From an uncultured Dehalococcoidales bacterium (GTDB lineage Bacteria; Chloroflexota; Dehalococcoidia; Dehalococcoidales; UBA2162): 64,000 bases of DNA. The stretch spans positions 13,714 through 77,713 of the forward strand of contig CAYXEG010000001.1 in assembly GCA_964463875.1 (NCBI GenBank), in the 5' to 3' direction. The translations under genes and the position numbers were made by a program. How positions within the stretch are numbered: position 1 is the first letter of the stretch; every line of letters starts with the position of its first letter. The notes beneath the pieces are model-generated. The model saw only the letters and a program-made list of their open reading frames with translations. It had not been told where the DNA came from and searched no databases. Shown here one piece after another: positions 1 to 8,423 of the stretch.

Positions 1-530
1 CCGGGTACCCCAACGGGTTCAAAACCAGTGTCATCGTTATGAACAGGACAGATATTTTGGACTGGTTCCAAACCATGCAGAGCTACTGGGCACAGATCGG
101 AATCGATGTAACTATCGATGCCAGAGAGCAGGGCGCCTGGTATACCATTCTTCAAGCCCGCAATTATGACCAGATGATGTGGGGAACAGGGGCGCCAATT
201 AGTCAGCTCCATTCCGCTGCCTGCATGGAAAGTGAGTCGTCGACCAACCCTTCATTTATTCATGACCCTAAGGTGGTAGAAGCCAAAGATAAAATGCTGG
301 CCCTGTCTGTTGTAGACGACAAAGCCGCTGATGCAATCCACCGGGAACTGATGAAGCACGTTCTTGCCCAGGCCTATGTGATACCGATGCCGGGCGGAAC
401 GACTTACAGCCTGTGGTGGCCATGGCTCAAGAACTATTACGGGCCGATAAGCGTCGGTTACATTAACACAGACAACTGGGTTGCCTGGGCTTGGATAGAC
501 CAGGAATTAAAGGAGTCAATGGGATACTAG
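1..530 (+). CDS. ABC transporter substrate-binding protein, family 5 (peptide/nickel type), C-terminal fragment; 5' end outside window
   Basis: Frame 3 is open from nt 3 (GYPNGFKTSVIV...). The tail HRELMKHVLAQAYVIPMPG...WWPWLKNYYG...WIDQELK aligns by eye with the C-termini of the full-length paralogues at 6355, 19627 and 26162. Confidence 0.85.
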   Translation, partial: GYPNGFKTSVIVMNRTDILDWFQTMQSYWAQIGIDVTIDAREQGAWYTILQARNYDQMMWGTGAPISQLHSAACMESESSTNPSFIHDPKVVEAKDKMLALSVVDDKAADAIHRELMKHVLAQAYVIPMPGGTTYSLWWPWLKNYYGPISVGYINTDNWVAWAWIDQELKESMGY

Positions 531-586
531 AAGATATCCACTACCAAGTTCAACAAGTAAACAATATACAAATAAGCGAAGTGAAA

Positions 587-623
587 TTCCACCCCACTCC
601 GATTTCACCGGAGTGGGGTGGAA
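587..623 (+). terminator. Intercistronic perfect 15-bp stem-loop (attenuator / mRNA-stabilising hairpin) between SBP and permease genes; no U-tract
   Basis: TTCCACCCCACTCCG (587-601), loop ATTTCAC, CGGAGTGGGGTGGAA (609-623). The arms are exact reverse complements. Confidence 0.5.
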
Positions 624-699
624 ATATGGCACAGTTACGCCTGATGCCGTATGAGATCTCGAATATGGTGAAAATAGGTAAAGTGGAAAGGAAAAGGTA

Positions 700-1662
700 A
701 TGCGAGCATATCTCATTCGTCGTATCCTGCTTATCATTCCTACACTCGTACTTCTGACCGTCATTGTTTTTCTCATCATTCGTTTAATACCGGGAGATGT
801 TATCGATATGATGGTCGCCGAGATTAATACTGAAGGATTAATGACCTATGAGGAAGCTCGTGAAATGATTCGCGACCGACTCGGTCTTGATACCCCGCTC
901 CTTGAACAGTACTGGAACTGGGTCACCGGAGTATTCCGTGGTGACCTGGGTATATCAATGAGGAGCGGGCAATCTGTCACTGAAGAATTTCTCGAAAAAG
1001 TACCCGTTTCACTCGAACTAGGCATTCTTACCATGATTATCGGTCTGATGATAGCGTTACCGCTTGGTATATTTTCGGCTGTCCGTCAGGACTCACCGGC
1101 AGACTACACCGGCCGGACATTCGCCGTATTGATGTTATCCTTACCCAATTTCTGGCTTATGACTATGGTAATCGTCTTTCCGGCGATATGGTGGGATTGG
1201 ATGATTGAACTGGAGTACATTCCCTTCACTGAAGACCCTGCAGGGAATCTTATCCAGTTTCTGCCCCCGGCGTTTCTCATGGGAGCAGCCTTCTCCGGTG
1301 GTTTAATGAGGTTTATACGCACAATGATGCTGGAAGTACTTCGGCAGGACTACATACGTACCGCCTGGTCGAAAGGTCTTTCCGAACGAACGGTTATTTC
1401 ACGTCATGCCATCAGAAATACCTTGATACCAATGGTTACCATTGTCGGCATGGGGTTACCGGGTTTGATTGGCGGGTCTGTTATAACCGAGCAGATATTC
1501 AATCTTCCCGGGATAGGACGATGGTTGTTCGAAGCTGTTAATCAGCGGGACTATACAATTATCAGCGGAATGAATTTGATAATGGCAATAGCCGTCCTGT
1601 TGTGCAACCTGGCAGTTGATATCACCTACGCGTGGCTCGACCCCAGGGTGAAGTATCAATAA
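700..1662 (+). CDS. ABC transporter permease, DppB/OppB type
   Basis: 320 aa and multi-TM. N-terminus MRAYLIRRILLIIPTLVLLTVIVF and C-terminal LAVDITYAWLDPRVKY are typical of the BPD_transp_1 / OppB family. Purine-rich SD lies before the ATG. Confidence 0.9.
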   Translation: MRAYLIRRILLIIPTLVLLTVIVFLIIRLIPGDVIDMMVAEINTEGLMTYEEAREMIRDRLGLDTPLLEQYWNWVTGVFRGDLGISMRSGQSVTEEFLEKVPVSLELGILTMIIGLMIALPLGIFSAVRQDSPADYTGRTFAVLMLSLPNFWLMTMVIVFPAIWWDWMIELEYIPFTEDPAGNLIQFLPPAFLMGAAFSGGLMRFIRTMMLEVLRQDYIRTAWSKGLSERTVISRHAIRNTLIPMVTIVGMGLPGLIGGSVITEQIFNLPGIGRWLFEAVNQRDYTIISGMNLIMAIAVLLCNLAVDITYAWLDPRVKYQ

Positions 1663-1676
1663 TAAAGGAGAAAGCA

Positions 1677-2681
1677 ATGCAAAGAAGTCCGCAAGCTAAC
1701 GATGCGGTTGGAAAACAGAAGAAGCATCGCCCTTTCCTCATCGATTTATTTATCAGGCTGGTTAAAGAGAAGCCTCTGGGGACTGTGGGACTTTTTTTTG
1801 TTATCTGCCTCTTATTCGCCGGTATTTTTGCTGACTGGCTGGCACCCTACCATTACATGTACCAGGATTTGGACCATATTCTCGAACCTCCCTCAGCGAA
1901 GTTCCTGCTGGGAACAGATAACCTCGGACGGTGCCTTCTCAGTCGTATCATATATGGCGCCCGTATCTCGATGATTGTCGGTTTGAGTGTTCCCGCCATC
2001 TCGTCAATCATGCAAATATTCATCGGAGGCGTTGCCGGCTATGTCGGTGGAAAATGGGATTTAATCGTGATGCGCTTTGTCGATACCATGATGTGCTTTC
2101 CCACACTTGTCATCATGCTGACAGTGGTTGCTATTATCGGTCCGGGACTGATGCAACTTATTTTACTGCTGGGGATTCTGGGTGGACTGGGCGGCTCCAA
2201 CCGGGCGACGCGCAGCTATGTAATCAATATCCGGGAAAATATCTATGTGGAGGCAGCCACGGCGATAGGAGCATCGAGATTTCACATCATGTTAAAGCAT
2301 ATTGTGCCCAATATCCTGCCTTTGATAATCGTCGGCTTCACAATGGGTATGGGCGGCGCTATATTGGCGGAATCTTCGTTAAGCTTCCTCGGTTTTGGTA
2401 TTCCACCGCCGTATCCGAGCTGGGGTGGCATGCTGAGCGGTAACGCCCGGCGTTATATGTTCAGCGCACCCTGGTTGGCTATCTGGCCCGGCTTGGCATT
2501 GGCAGTCGTTGTCTGGGGCATGAACATGTTCGGTGATGGTTTACGGGATATCATTGACCCCAGGCTGCGGGGCGGGCTGGGAAGTTATCGACTTAACCCC
2601 AAGAAGCTGGAAAAAATCCTGAAAAAGGGGAAAGCAAATGAAGATGTCCCGAAAGTTGAGGTAGAAAACGTACAATCGTAA
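1677..2681 (+). CDS. ABC transporter permease, DppC/OppC type
   Basis: The ATG at 1677 is preceded by AAGGAG (1667-1672). Contains LGTDNLGRCLLSRIIYGARIS and a C-terminal GDGLRDIIDPRL motif. The track's upstream GTG (1632) overlaps the preceding gene and lacks an SD. Confidence 0.9.
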   Translation: MQRSPQANDAVGKQKKHRPFLIDLFIRLVKEKPLGTVGLFFVICLLFAGIFADWLAPYHYMYQDLDHILEPPSAKFLLGTDNLGRCLLSRIIYGARISMIVGLSVPAISSIMQIFIGGVAGYVGGKWDLIVMRFVDTMMCFPTLVIMLTVVAIIGPGLMQLILLLGILGGLGGSNRATRSYVINIRENIYVEAATAIGASRFHIMLKHIVPNILPLIIVGFTMGMGGAILAESSLSFLGFGIPPPYPSWGGMLSGNARRYMFSAPWLAIWPGLALAVVVWGMNMFGDGLRDIIDPRLRGGLGSYRLNPKKLEKILKKGKANEDVPKVEVENVQS

Positions 2682-2916
2682 TTTGAAAAGACACAACACA
2701 CCGTAATCGCTGATGACTTCAGGTACATTATCCGGGTCAGAACACCTGAGGCGGCTCGTGATAATGTGATAATGCAGAAGACTGGATACTGAGCTTAAAA
2801 TAACGGAGATATTCGTGAACGCGCTATACTGTAGAGTGAGCTTTTACAAGTCTGTCTGGGATAATCCGGTAACATCAGTGATTGAGTAAATATGAAATCT
2901 AAGGAGTCAGTACATT

Positions 2917-4644
2917 ATGTCAGAAAAAATCACCTGCATTAATCCGACAGGTATTTCGGAACCGGTCGATACTTTCCCGTTAGCCACAAGGCTGGACACT
3001 CTGGACGGAAAAACGATACACATCAGTATCACCGGAGAACCGGATATCACCCTGCCTCTGGAGAAAAAACTCAGAGCCAATTATCCGAATGTGAACTGGA
3101 CTCAGAAAAAGTCATACACGCCTACTCCGGTCTACCTTTCCGAGGAAGAGATGAAGACGACCGATGCCGTGATACTGGCGGTATGCTGGTGAAGCGGCGC
3201 CGTATGGGGGCAGTTGCCCTACATTACAAAACTCGAAAAGGCAGGGATACCAACGGTAATAGTCGATCTCGAAGACCAGCATCAAATGGTGAAACAGACA
3301 GCTTTACGGTATGGCGTACCCGAAGTGCGTTTTCTTGCGGCTTCACGCACGGTTCACGGCGAACTGGATTGTGACGCCTTTATCGAACCGATGCTTGATA
3401 TGCTGGTAAAACCGCTCACTGAAAAAGAAAAAGAAAGAGGCCGCTGGACCCCATCACCTTCAGAAAGAATAATCTTTGAGGGTTCACACGATGATGCTGA
3501 GGAGTTTTTTCACCAGAGAGAATGGGTTGGTCATCCGGTAAAAGCATGGATATCGAAATATACCGATGGCTTGCCGGTGAGAATACCGACGGAAGAACGA
3601 GTCGCTGAGATGCTGAAAGGTACCAGCCATAAACCTGATGAGCTTATCGTTCATCAAAAGAACGGTAGAGGTTTTAAGAAAGGTGACCCGGTTCAATTTC
3701 AGCCAATGGGATGGACAGCAACGGTTGAGAAAGTGGCTGCTTGTGCTGTTATGGCAGGATGCAAGCCGGAATATCTGCCGGCGGTCCTTGCTATCGCTGA
3801 GTCAGGTTCATTTATCGGCAGCACCCACACCTTCGGTCACTGGCTCTGTGTCAGTGGGCCGTATGCTAAAGAAGTTGGTATGAACAGCGGTTGCGGCATG
3901 CTGGGTCCCGGCAACGATGCTAATTGTACCATTGGACGCGCTTATGAAATAATCGCCCGTAATATTGGCGGAGCTATTCCTGGGGTGAACCGGATGACGA
4001 GTATCGGCAGCCCGTTCGAGGGAAGTCGGTGCTGCGCAGAAAACGCGGAAGGTCTGCCGCCAGGGTGGGAAGGGTTGAATGAAGAAGCCGGGTACTCTAA
4101 AGATGAAAGTGTTATGCTGGTGATTCCGCATGTCAACGATGGTATCCGTGGTGTCCAGTTTTCACCCGGCGGTTACCGGGCATTCCAGAAAAGCGGTCAC
4201 GGGGGTATTGCCCGAAAACTGGGAGTCAAAGGAATTCCCGGTCCTCATAACTGGCTGGAGTATCTGATAGATGAATTCTGGGCGGGCAGAGAGGGCGCTA
4301 AAACCATCATCATGGTGCCTGAAATGGCGCAGCACCTCTATGAATATGGTTTTAAATCCAAGGATGAAGTCTATGAATGGCTGTATAAGAAGAGTTTCAT
4401 GCCGTTAGGGAAATACCGGCACTTTTCATGGGTAGACCTCGGTACGAACGGCTGGCTCGGTAAAGAGCCGATTTCAGGAAAGCCCTGGAAAGAGCTTTCG
4501 GATGATTATCTGGTTCCGGCAGCCGAAAGCCCTTACGCCTTCTGTATCATTGTTGGCGGAGGCGACGAAGAACTGAGCCACCAGTTAAGTTCTCATCTTC
4601 ATCTTGGCATCGATCCCTTTTACAGCATTGATGCCTGGCGTTAA
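2917..4644 (+). CDS. Candidate selenoprotein of unknown function (91 aa + Sec + 483 aa if UGA 3190 is read through); otherwise two separate hypothetical genes 2917..3192 and 3214..4644
   Basis: Both ORFs share one frame and are separated by a single TGA. The downstream ORF has only a TTG start. The local motif is DAVILAV-C-W-U-S-G. A hairpin lies downstream at SECIS-like spacing. AAGGAG SD precedes the ATG at 2917. Confidence 0.5.
3190..3192 (+). other. In-frame UGA, candidate selenocysteine codon
   Basis: tgc tgg TGA agc ggc gcc gta tgg ggg cag ttg. There are no other stops between the two ORFs. Confidence 0.5.
3203..3223 (+). promoter_or_regulatory. Candidate bacterial SECIS stem-loop
   Basis: GGGGC (3207-3211) pairs with GCCCU (3216-3220) around an AGUU loop. 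The stem is extendable with bulges (U3205-A3221, U3203-A3223). The loop G-U sits 24-25 nt from the U of UGA. Confidence 0.4.
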
Positions 4645-4666
4645 TGTGATTTTTTGTCGCTAAAAT

Positions 4667-4696
4667 ACAGGGATCCGGCAGGTACCGGATCCCTGT
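4667..4696 (+). terminator. Rho-independent-type terminator after 2917..4644
   Basis: ACAGGGATCCGG (4667-4678), loop, CCGGATCCCTGT (4685-4696). Perfect 12-bp stem followed by GACTTTTCG. Confidence 0.7.
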
Positions 4697-5276
4697 GACT
4701 TTTCGTATCCCCTTTTCAGAATGAATGGCATGATAGCACCTACCTCGATTACCTGTTACTCCGGTTATCATTAACGGAATTTGAAGCTAACCCAACTTCC
4801 GCAGTCTTGAGGCTAAGAGGCAGTTCCTTCGAGCGTAATGTTTACACTACATTTTTACAGATTTTCATCCTCTTGGGAAGGTGTAACCCCAGCATTTGCA
4901 GGAGCACTGCCTGAGGTTTTGTGGGCTGAGCGATGCAGCGCTTCCGAATGATGGTCGTGTATCTGGTCGGCAGAGCGATATCCACGGCTTTTATCTGAGC
5001 AATCTCATCGAATACCTTCCGGGGTTCATTACCGAGACCTGCCCTTTTACACATCTGACCGGGCATCTTCCGCAGGACGTATGCCGGATACAGAGCCGGG
5101 AGAAGTAGCGGAAATGGATTTCGGACATCTGGGGATGGTAGGGGATGATCTTCGGAGAACGGATGTTTGACAGCTCTCACCGGGGTCGAAACTGTGGCAG
5201 GCACAGAAAGTGGTACGGCTGGGAGAACGATACACACCGGCACGGCTCGATACCGCTTTTTATGCAATCCGGTCTC

Positions 5277-5305
5277 TTGACATTGCGGGATGTAACATGT
5301 AATAT
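5277..5305 (+). promoter_or_regulatory. sigma70-type promoter for 5407 gene
   Basis: TTGACA (5277-5282), 17-nt spacer, TAATAT (5300-5305). Confidence 0.5.
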
Positions 5306-5310
5306 ATGCA

Positions 5311-5359
5311 ATCATATAGGAAATCATATAAGATTCCGTAAAAAATAAGCATATATGAT
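5311..5359. promoter_or_regulatory. Candidate operator: repeated ATCATAT / ATATGAT half-sites just downstream of the -10
   Basis: ATCATAT at 5311-5317 and 5323-5329. The inverted copy ATATGAT is at 5353-5359. The same half-site recurs at 19304-19338 and 23191-23218. Confidence 0.4.
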
Positions 5360-5406
5360 TTCTTATAGATTTTCCATTATAACCTTATTCAAAGGAGGGT
5401 GAGATT

Positions 5407-6075
5407 ATGGCGAGTGACAAGTTTCCCGAAGGATGGATAGTTGTCGACCACGTCATCCCCGGAGTCACGGAAGAGATGATTGACTGGTGGTGGGTCAACA
5501 TGGAGAAGGGGTACGAATTGTGGTGCCCTGACGAACACAAGGGCTTCATCTGGGAAGTCAAGCCTCCTCTCGGCGGGCATATCGGAGCCGTTCAGATTGC
5601 TAAAGAGAGCATCGATTTCGGACCGGTCAGAGACCTTCGTATCGAATGGGTGGACCCGAACATCGGAACTCAGGAACAAAAAGATTTCTGGACCTACAGC
5701 CATCTGCTCGCTGCCGGCAGGCCGGCAACCGAGCCTGGCGGCATTGGGTTTGTCAATCTCTCTCATCAGTGGGAAGCAATTCCCGGGGGATGCAAAATGA
5801 GGTCCTGTATGCACGGCTTCCCCGGGGGACGACCGCCGGGACCCCCTCCGGGAGTACGTATGCCCCAACCTCCGCCCCAGGCAGCAGGGCAACATCCGAG
5901 CGGAAAGTCGCCGACCGGAGGCGGCTGGCATTCCCATAACATAGCTGAAGTAAGTACCTTCACGGCGTTTCTGCCGGCTCTCTGGGGAATTTGGCAGGCT
6001 GTACCTGATCCGACGATAAACCGGCAGGCTTCTCTGAAGATTAAAAAGGAAGGCTCGAAAATTATCTATATCTAA
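5407..6075 (+). CDS. Conserved hypothetical protein, tentatively DAPG/phloretin-hydrolase (PhlG)-family-like, with Pro/Gly-rich insert; paralogue of 23303..23998
   Basis: AAAGGAGGG SD. IPGVTEEMIDWWWVNMEKGYELWCPDEHKGF resembles, from memory, the PhlG-family ...MxDWWF...LWHPxDH block. The family assignment is unverified. The protein is shorter than PhlG. Confidence 0.45.
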   Translation: MASDKFPEGWIVVDHVIPGVTEEMIDWWWVNMEKGYELWCPDEHKGFIWEVKPPLGGHIGAVQIAKESIDFGPVRDLRIEWVDPNIGTQEQKDFWTYSHLLAAGRPATEPGGIGFVNLSHQWEAIPGGCKMRSCMHGFPGGRPPGPPPGVRMPQPPPQAAGQHPSGKSPTGGGWHSHNIAEVSTFTAFLPALWGIWQAVPDPTINRQASLKIKKEGSKIIYI

Positions 6076-6354
6076 TCAGCGCTACGGTAATCTTACAGCT
6101 GAAAGGGGGGTTGACTATAGCACGTACCGCAAAGAGATGAACATGACCACCTGTACCGTGATACCCTTCAATACCACTCGAGCAAAACTGAAAAGAAACG
6201 TCTTTTACTTCCGTGGAGACTAAACCCGAGAAAGACGGCGAAACCCGGCTCTGGCGGGTAATTCTGAAGCAAGACGAAGGAGAAACGATACTTTTAAACG
6301 AGCCCATACCGATAGAGAAACACCCGTAAAACCTTGAAAAACAGGAAGGGGAAT

Positions 6355-8166
6355 ATGAAAAAAAAGATTATCTATATTCTGGTAAGCTGCATCATGGTTC
6401 TATCGTCGCTGGTGGCAGCATCGTGTGAAAAGGAAGAGGTAGCGAAAGAGGAGGAAGAGGAAGGAAAGGTTGTCATAACCGATAAAACGTCACCGACTGA
6501 GGTAACAGAAGAAAAGAAAGAGGAAGCCAAGGTGTCGGATGTTCCGCAGTACGGTGGAACGGTAACCATCACAACCACTCAGGATATCCAAGGTTACGAT
6601 CATGCCAATTTCTCAAGAGGCTTTCTCAATAACGTGTACCTGGTCAATGACACAATGGGTGCCCCTGATTGGAGCAGAGGTTCAGCCGGCACCGGGGAAA
6701 TCGATTGGGCCAGTCCGAGTCAGAAGCGCATTGATTTCACTATCGGCGCCCTGGCGGAGAGCTTCGAAATCATCCCTCCGGGGACAATCATTTTTAATGT
6801 TCGCCAGGGGGTACACTACGCACTCACCGATACCGAAGCCAGCAAACTGGTGGGCGGACGCGAAATGACAGCCGAAGACGTTGCGTTTTCTCTGGACAGG
6901 CATATTCATGAACCGATGTCTTATTTAGCTTTTACTGATCCTACCATGCCGAAAAATACAACGGTAACGCAAACAGGTCCGTGGACCGTGCAGATAGACA
7001 CCGGTCAATTCAACCTGGACCCGCTATGGTTGATGCTTCCCGACCGCGAGATATGGCCGAAGGAACTCATCGAAAAGTATGGTACTATAAGCGAGTGGTA
7101 CCAACAGGTGGGTAATGGCCCGTTCATCATGACAGATAGTGTTGTCGGCAGTTCCGCCACTTTCGAAAGGAACCCGAACTACTGGATGACGGACCCAGTC
7201 GGTTCGGGCAAAGGCAACCAGTTGCCTTACTTTGACCGTGTTCAAATGCTAATCATTCCTGATGCCTCAAGTAGTCAGGCAGGTTTCCGTACAGGCAGAA
7301 TAGATCAACTAGGTGCCCAGAGCAACGACGCCGCAAAAACAATGATACAGACCGCGCCTCATGTCAAGTATACCAAATACCTGCAGGGGCCAAATTACAT
7401 TTCGATGAGACTTGATATCCCCGAACTGCCACACACGCAAAAAGAGGTACGCCAGGCGCTGATGATGGCGATTGATTACGAAGCAATCGTCAGAGACTGG
7501 TACAATGGCGAGGCAGAGATACTTGCCTGGCCGCTGGCATATTCCAAGGGGTATGCCAACGCCTATATGCCGCTGGAGGAAATGCCTCAAGCGGTGAAGG
7601 ATATCTATACCTATAACCCGGTAAAAGCAAAACAAATGATTTCGGACGCCGGCTATCCGAATGGCTTCAAGACTATGGTAACCTGTACATCAGATGCCGT
7701 CGATTTTCTCTCCATAATCGTAGATATGTGGGAAGATATTGACGTGGAATTGAAGCTCGATATCGTCGATTTTGGTCCTTACTACAACTACACGGCGTCC
7801 CGGAAATACCCGGAAATGCTTTACGGTTTCTACGTTCAGCCGGGACCCTACGCCCAGTTACTCCCCTTCAGAATCGATAATACGTTCAATCGAAGCTGGG
7901 TAAAAGATGCTACAGTCGATGCTGCCTACGAAGAGATTCTCAAGTACAACCTCATTGACCAGGCAAAAGTCGACCAAATACACCGGGAGTTGATGCCGTA
8001 CGTGCTGGAGCAGGCCTATTATATCACGGTACCCGGCCCCTATCTGTTCAACTTCTGGCAACCCTGGCTGAAGAACTATTACGGTGAGGTTCAAGTCGGT
8101 TACCAGCCTTACTGGGTACGCTTCTCATGGATAGACCAGAACCTCAAGAGGTCGCTTGGTTATTAA
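6355..8166 (+). CDS. Family-5 ABC substrate-binding lipoprotein (Glu-rich linker)
   Basis: The ATG at 6355 follows GGAAGGGG. Signal peptide plus lipobox LVAAS-C. Strong similarity to the 26162 paralogue (WSRGSAGTGEIDW..., WQPWLKNYYGE). Confidence 0.9.
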   Translation: MKKKIIYILVSCIMVLSSLVAASCEKEEVAKEEEEEGKVVITDKTSPTEVTEEKKEEAKVSDVPQYGGTVTITTTQDIQGYDHANFSRGFLNNVYLVNDTMGAPDWSRGSAGTGEIDWASPSQKRIDFTIGALAESFEIIPPGTIIFNVRQGVHYALTDTEASKLVGGREMTAEDVAFSLDRHIHEPMSYLAFTDPTMPKNTTVTQTGPWTVQIDTGQFNLDPLWLMLPDREIWPKELIEKYGTISEWYQQVGNGPFIMTDSVVGSSATFERNPNYWMTDPVGSGKGNQLPYFDRVQMLIIPDASSSQAGFRTGRIDQLGAQSNDAAKTMIQTAPHVKYTKYLQGPNYISMRLDIPELPHTQKEVRQALMMAIDYEAIVRDWYNGEAEILAWPLAYSKGYANAYMPLEEMPQAVKDIYTYNPVKAKQMISDAGYPNGFKTMVTCTSDAVDFLSIIVDMWEDIDVELKLDIVDFGPYYNYTASRKYPEMLYGFYVQPGPYAQLLPFRIDNTFNRSWVKDATVDAAYEEILKYNLIDQAKVDQIHRELMPYVLEQAYYITVPGPYLFNFWQPWLKNYYGEVQVGYQPYWVRFSWIDQNLKRSLGY

Positions 8167-8219
8167 CGACGCTATTGCTTAACAGGGTAGCGTACTGATA
8201 CAGGCTTATGTAACCATTG

Positions 8220-8258
8220 CATCCTGCGGCGCTTCCAATGCGGAAGCGCCGCAGGATG
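8220..8258 (+). terminator. Perfect 17-bp hairpin after SBP gene (no U-tract)
   Basis: CATCCTGCGGCGCTTCC (8220-8236), loop AATGC, GGAAGCGCCGCAGGATG (8242-8258). Confidence 0.55.
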
Positions 8259-8423
8259 GCAGCGATAAAAGGATATTTAGACACAGAAATGGAGTAAACT
8301 GCCCCCTCTGACTAAACAAGGGGTGGCTTGAAGATGACAGGAAAAGGCTGCTTGAGAATCTTTCAGAAAATACGGCGTCTATAACCAGATTGCGGACGTG
8401 AAAAAATTGAAGAGGTGTGAAGA

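Noticed and set aside
491-779. Small ORFs 491..700(+) and 516..779(-) in the SBP-permease spacer.
   Set aside because: They are created by the two arms of the 15-bp hairpin (both encode ...HPTP...EWGG...). There is no SD.
2733-2790. Inverted repeats in the 235-nt leader before 2917: ACATTATC...GATAATGT, TCAGGT...ACCTGA, and the direct repeat GATAATGTGATAATG. These could be a riboswitch or attenuator.
   Set aside because: I cannot match them to any known riboswitch class by eye. The arms are short and could arise by chance in AT-rich spacer DNA.
3214-4644. Treating 3214..4644 as an ordinary independent gene starting at TTG, with the G-run at 3206-3210 as SD.
   Set aside because: Not fully rejected; it remains the null hypothesis. 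It is less attractive because the two ORFs are in the same frame. The UGA lies within a C-W-U-S-G redox-like context and a hairpin sits at SECIS spacing.
6076-6354. 280-nt spacer between the hydrolase-like gene and the SBP gene. It has local stems (CGTCTTT...AAAGACG around 6190-6235) and an 81-aa minus ORF (6062..6307). Possible ncRNA, leader or deletion scar.
   Set aside because: No recognisable RNA family, promoter or coding signal. The ORF lacks an SD and has a low-complexity translation. It is mentioned only in the context of the missing redox pair.
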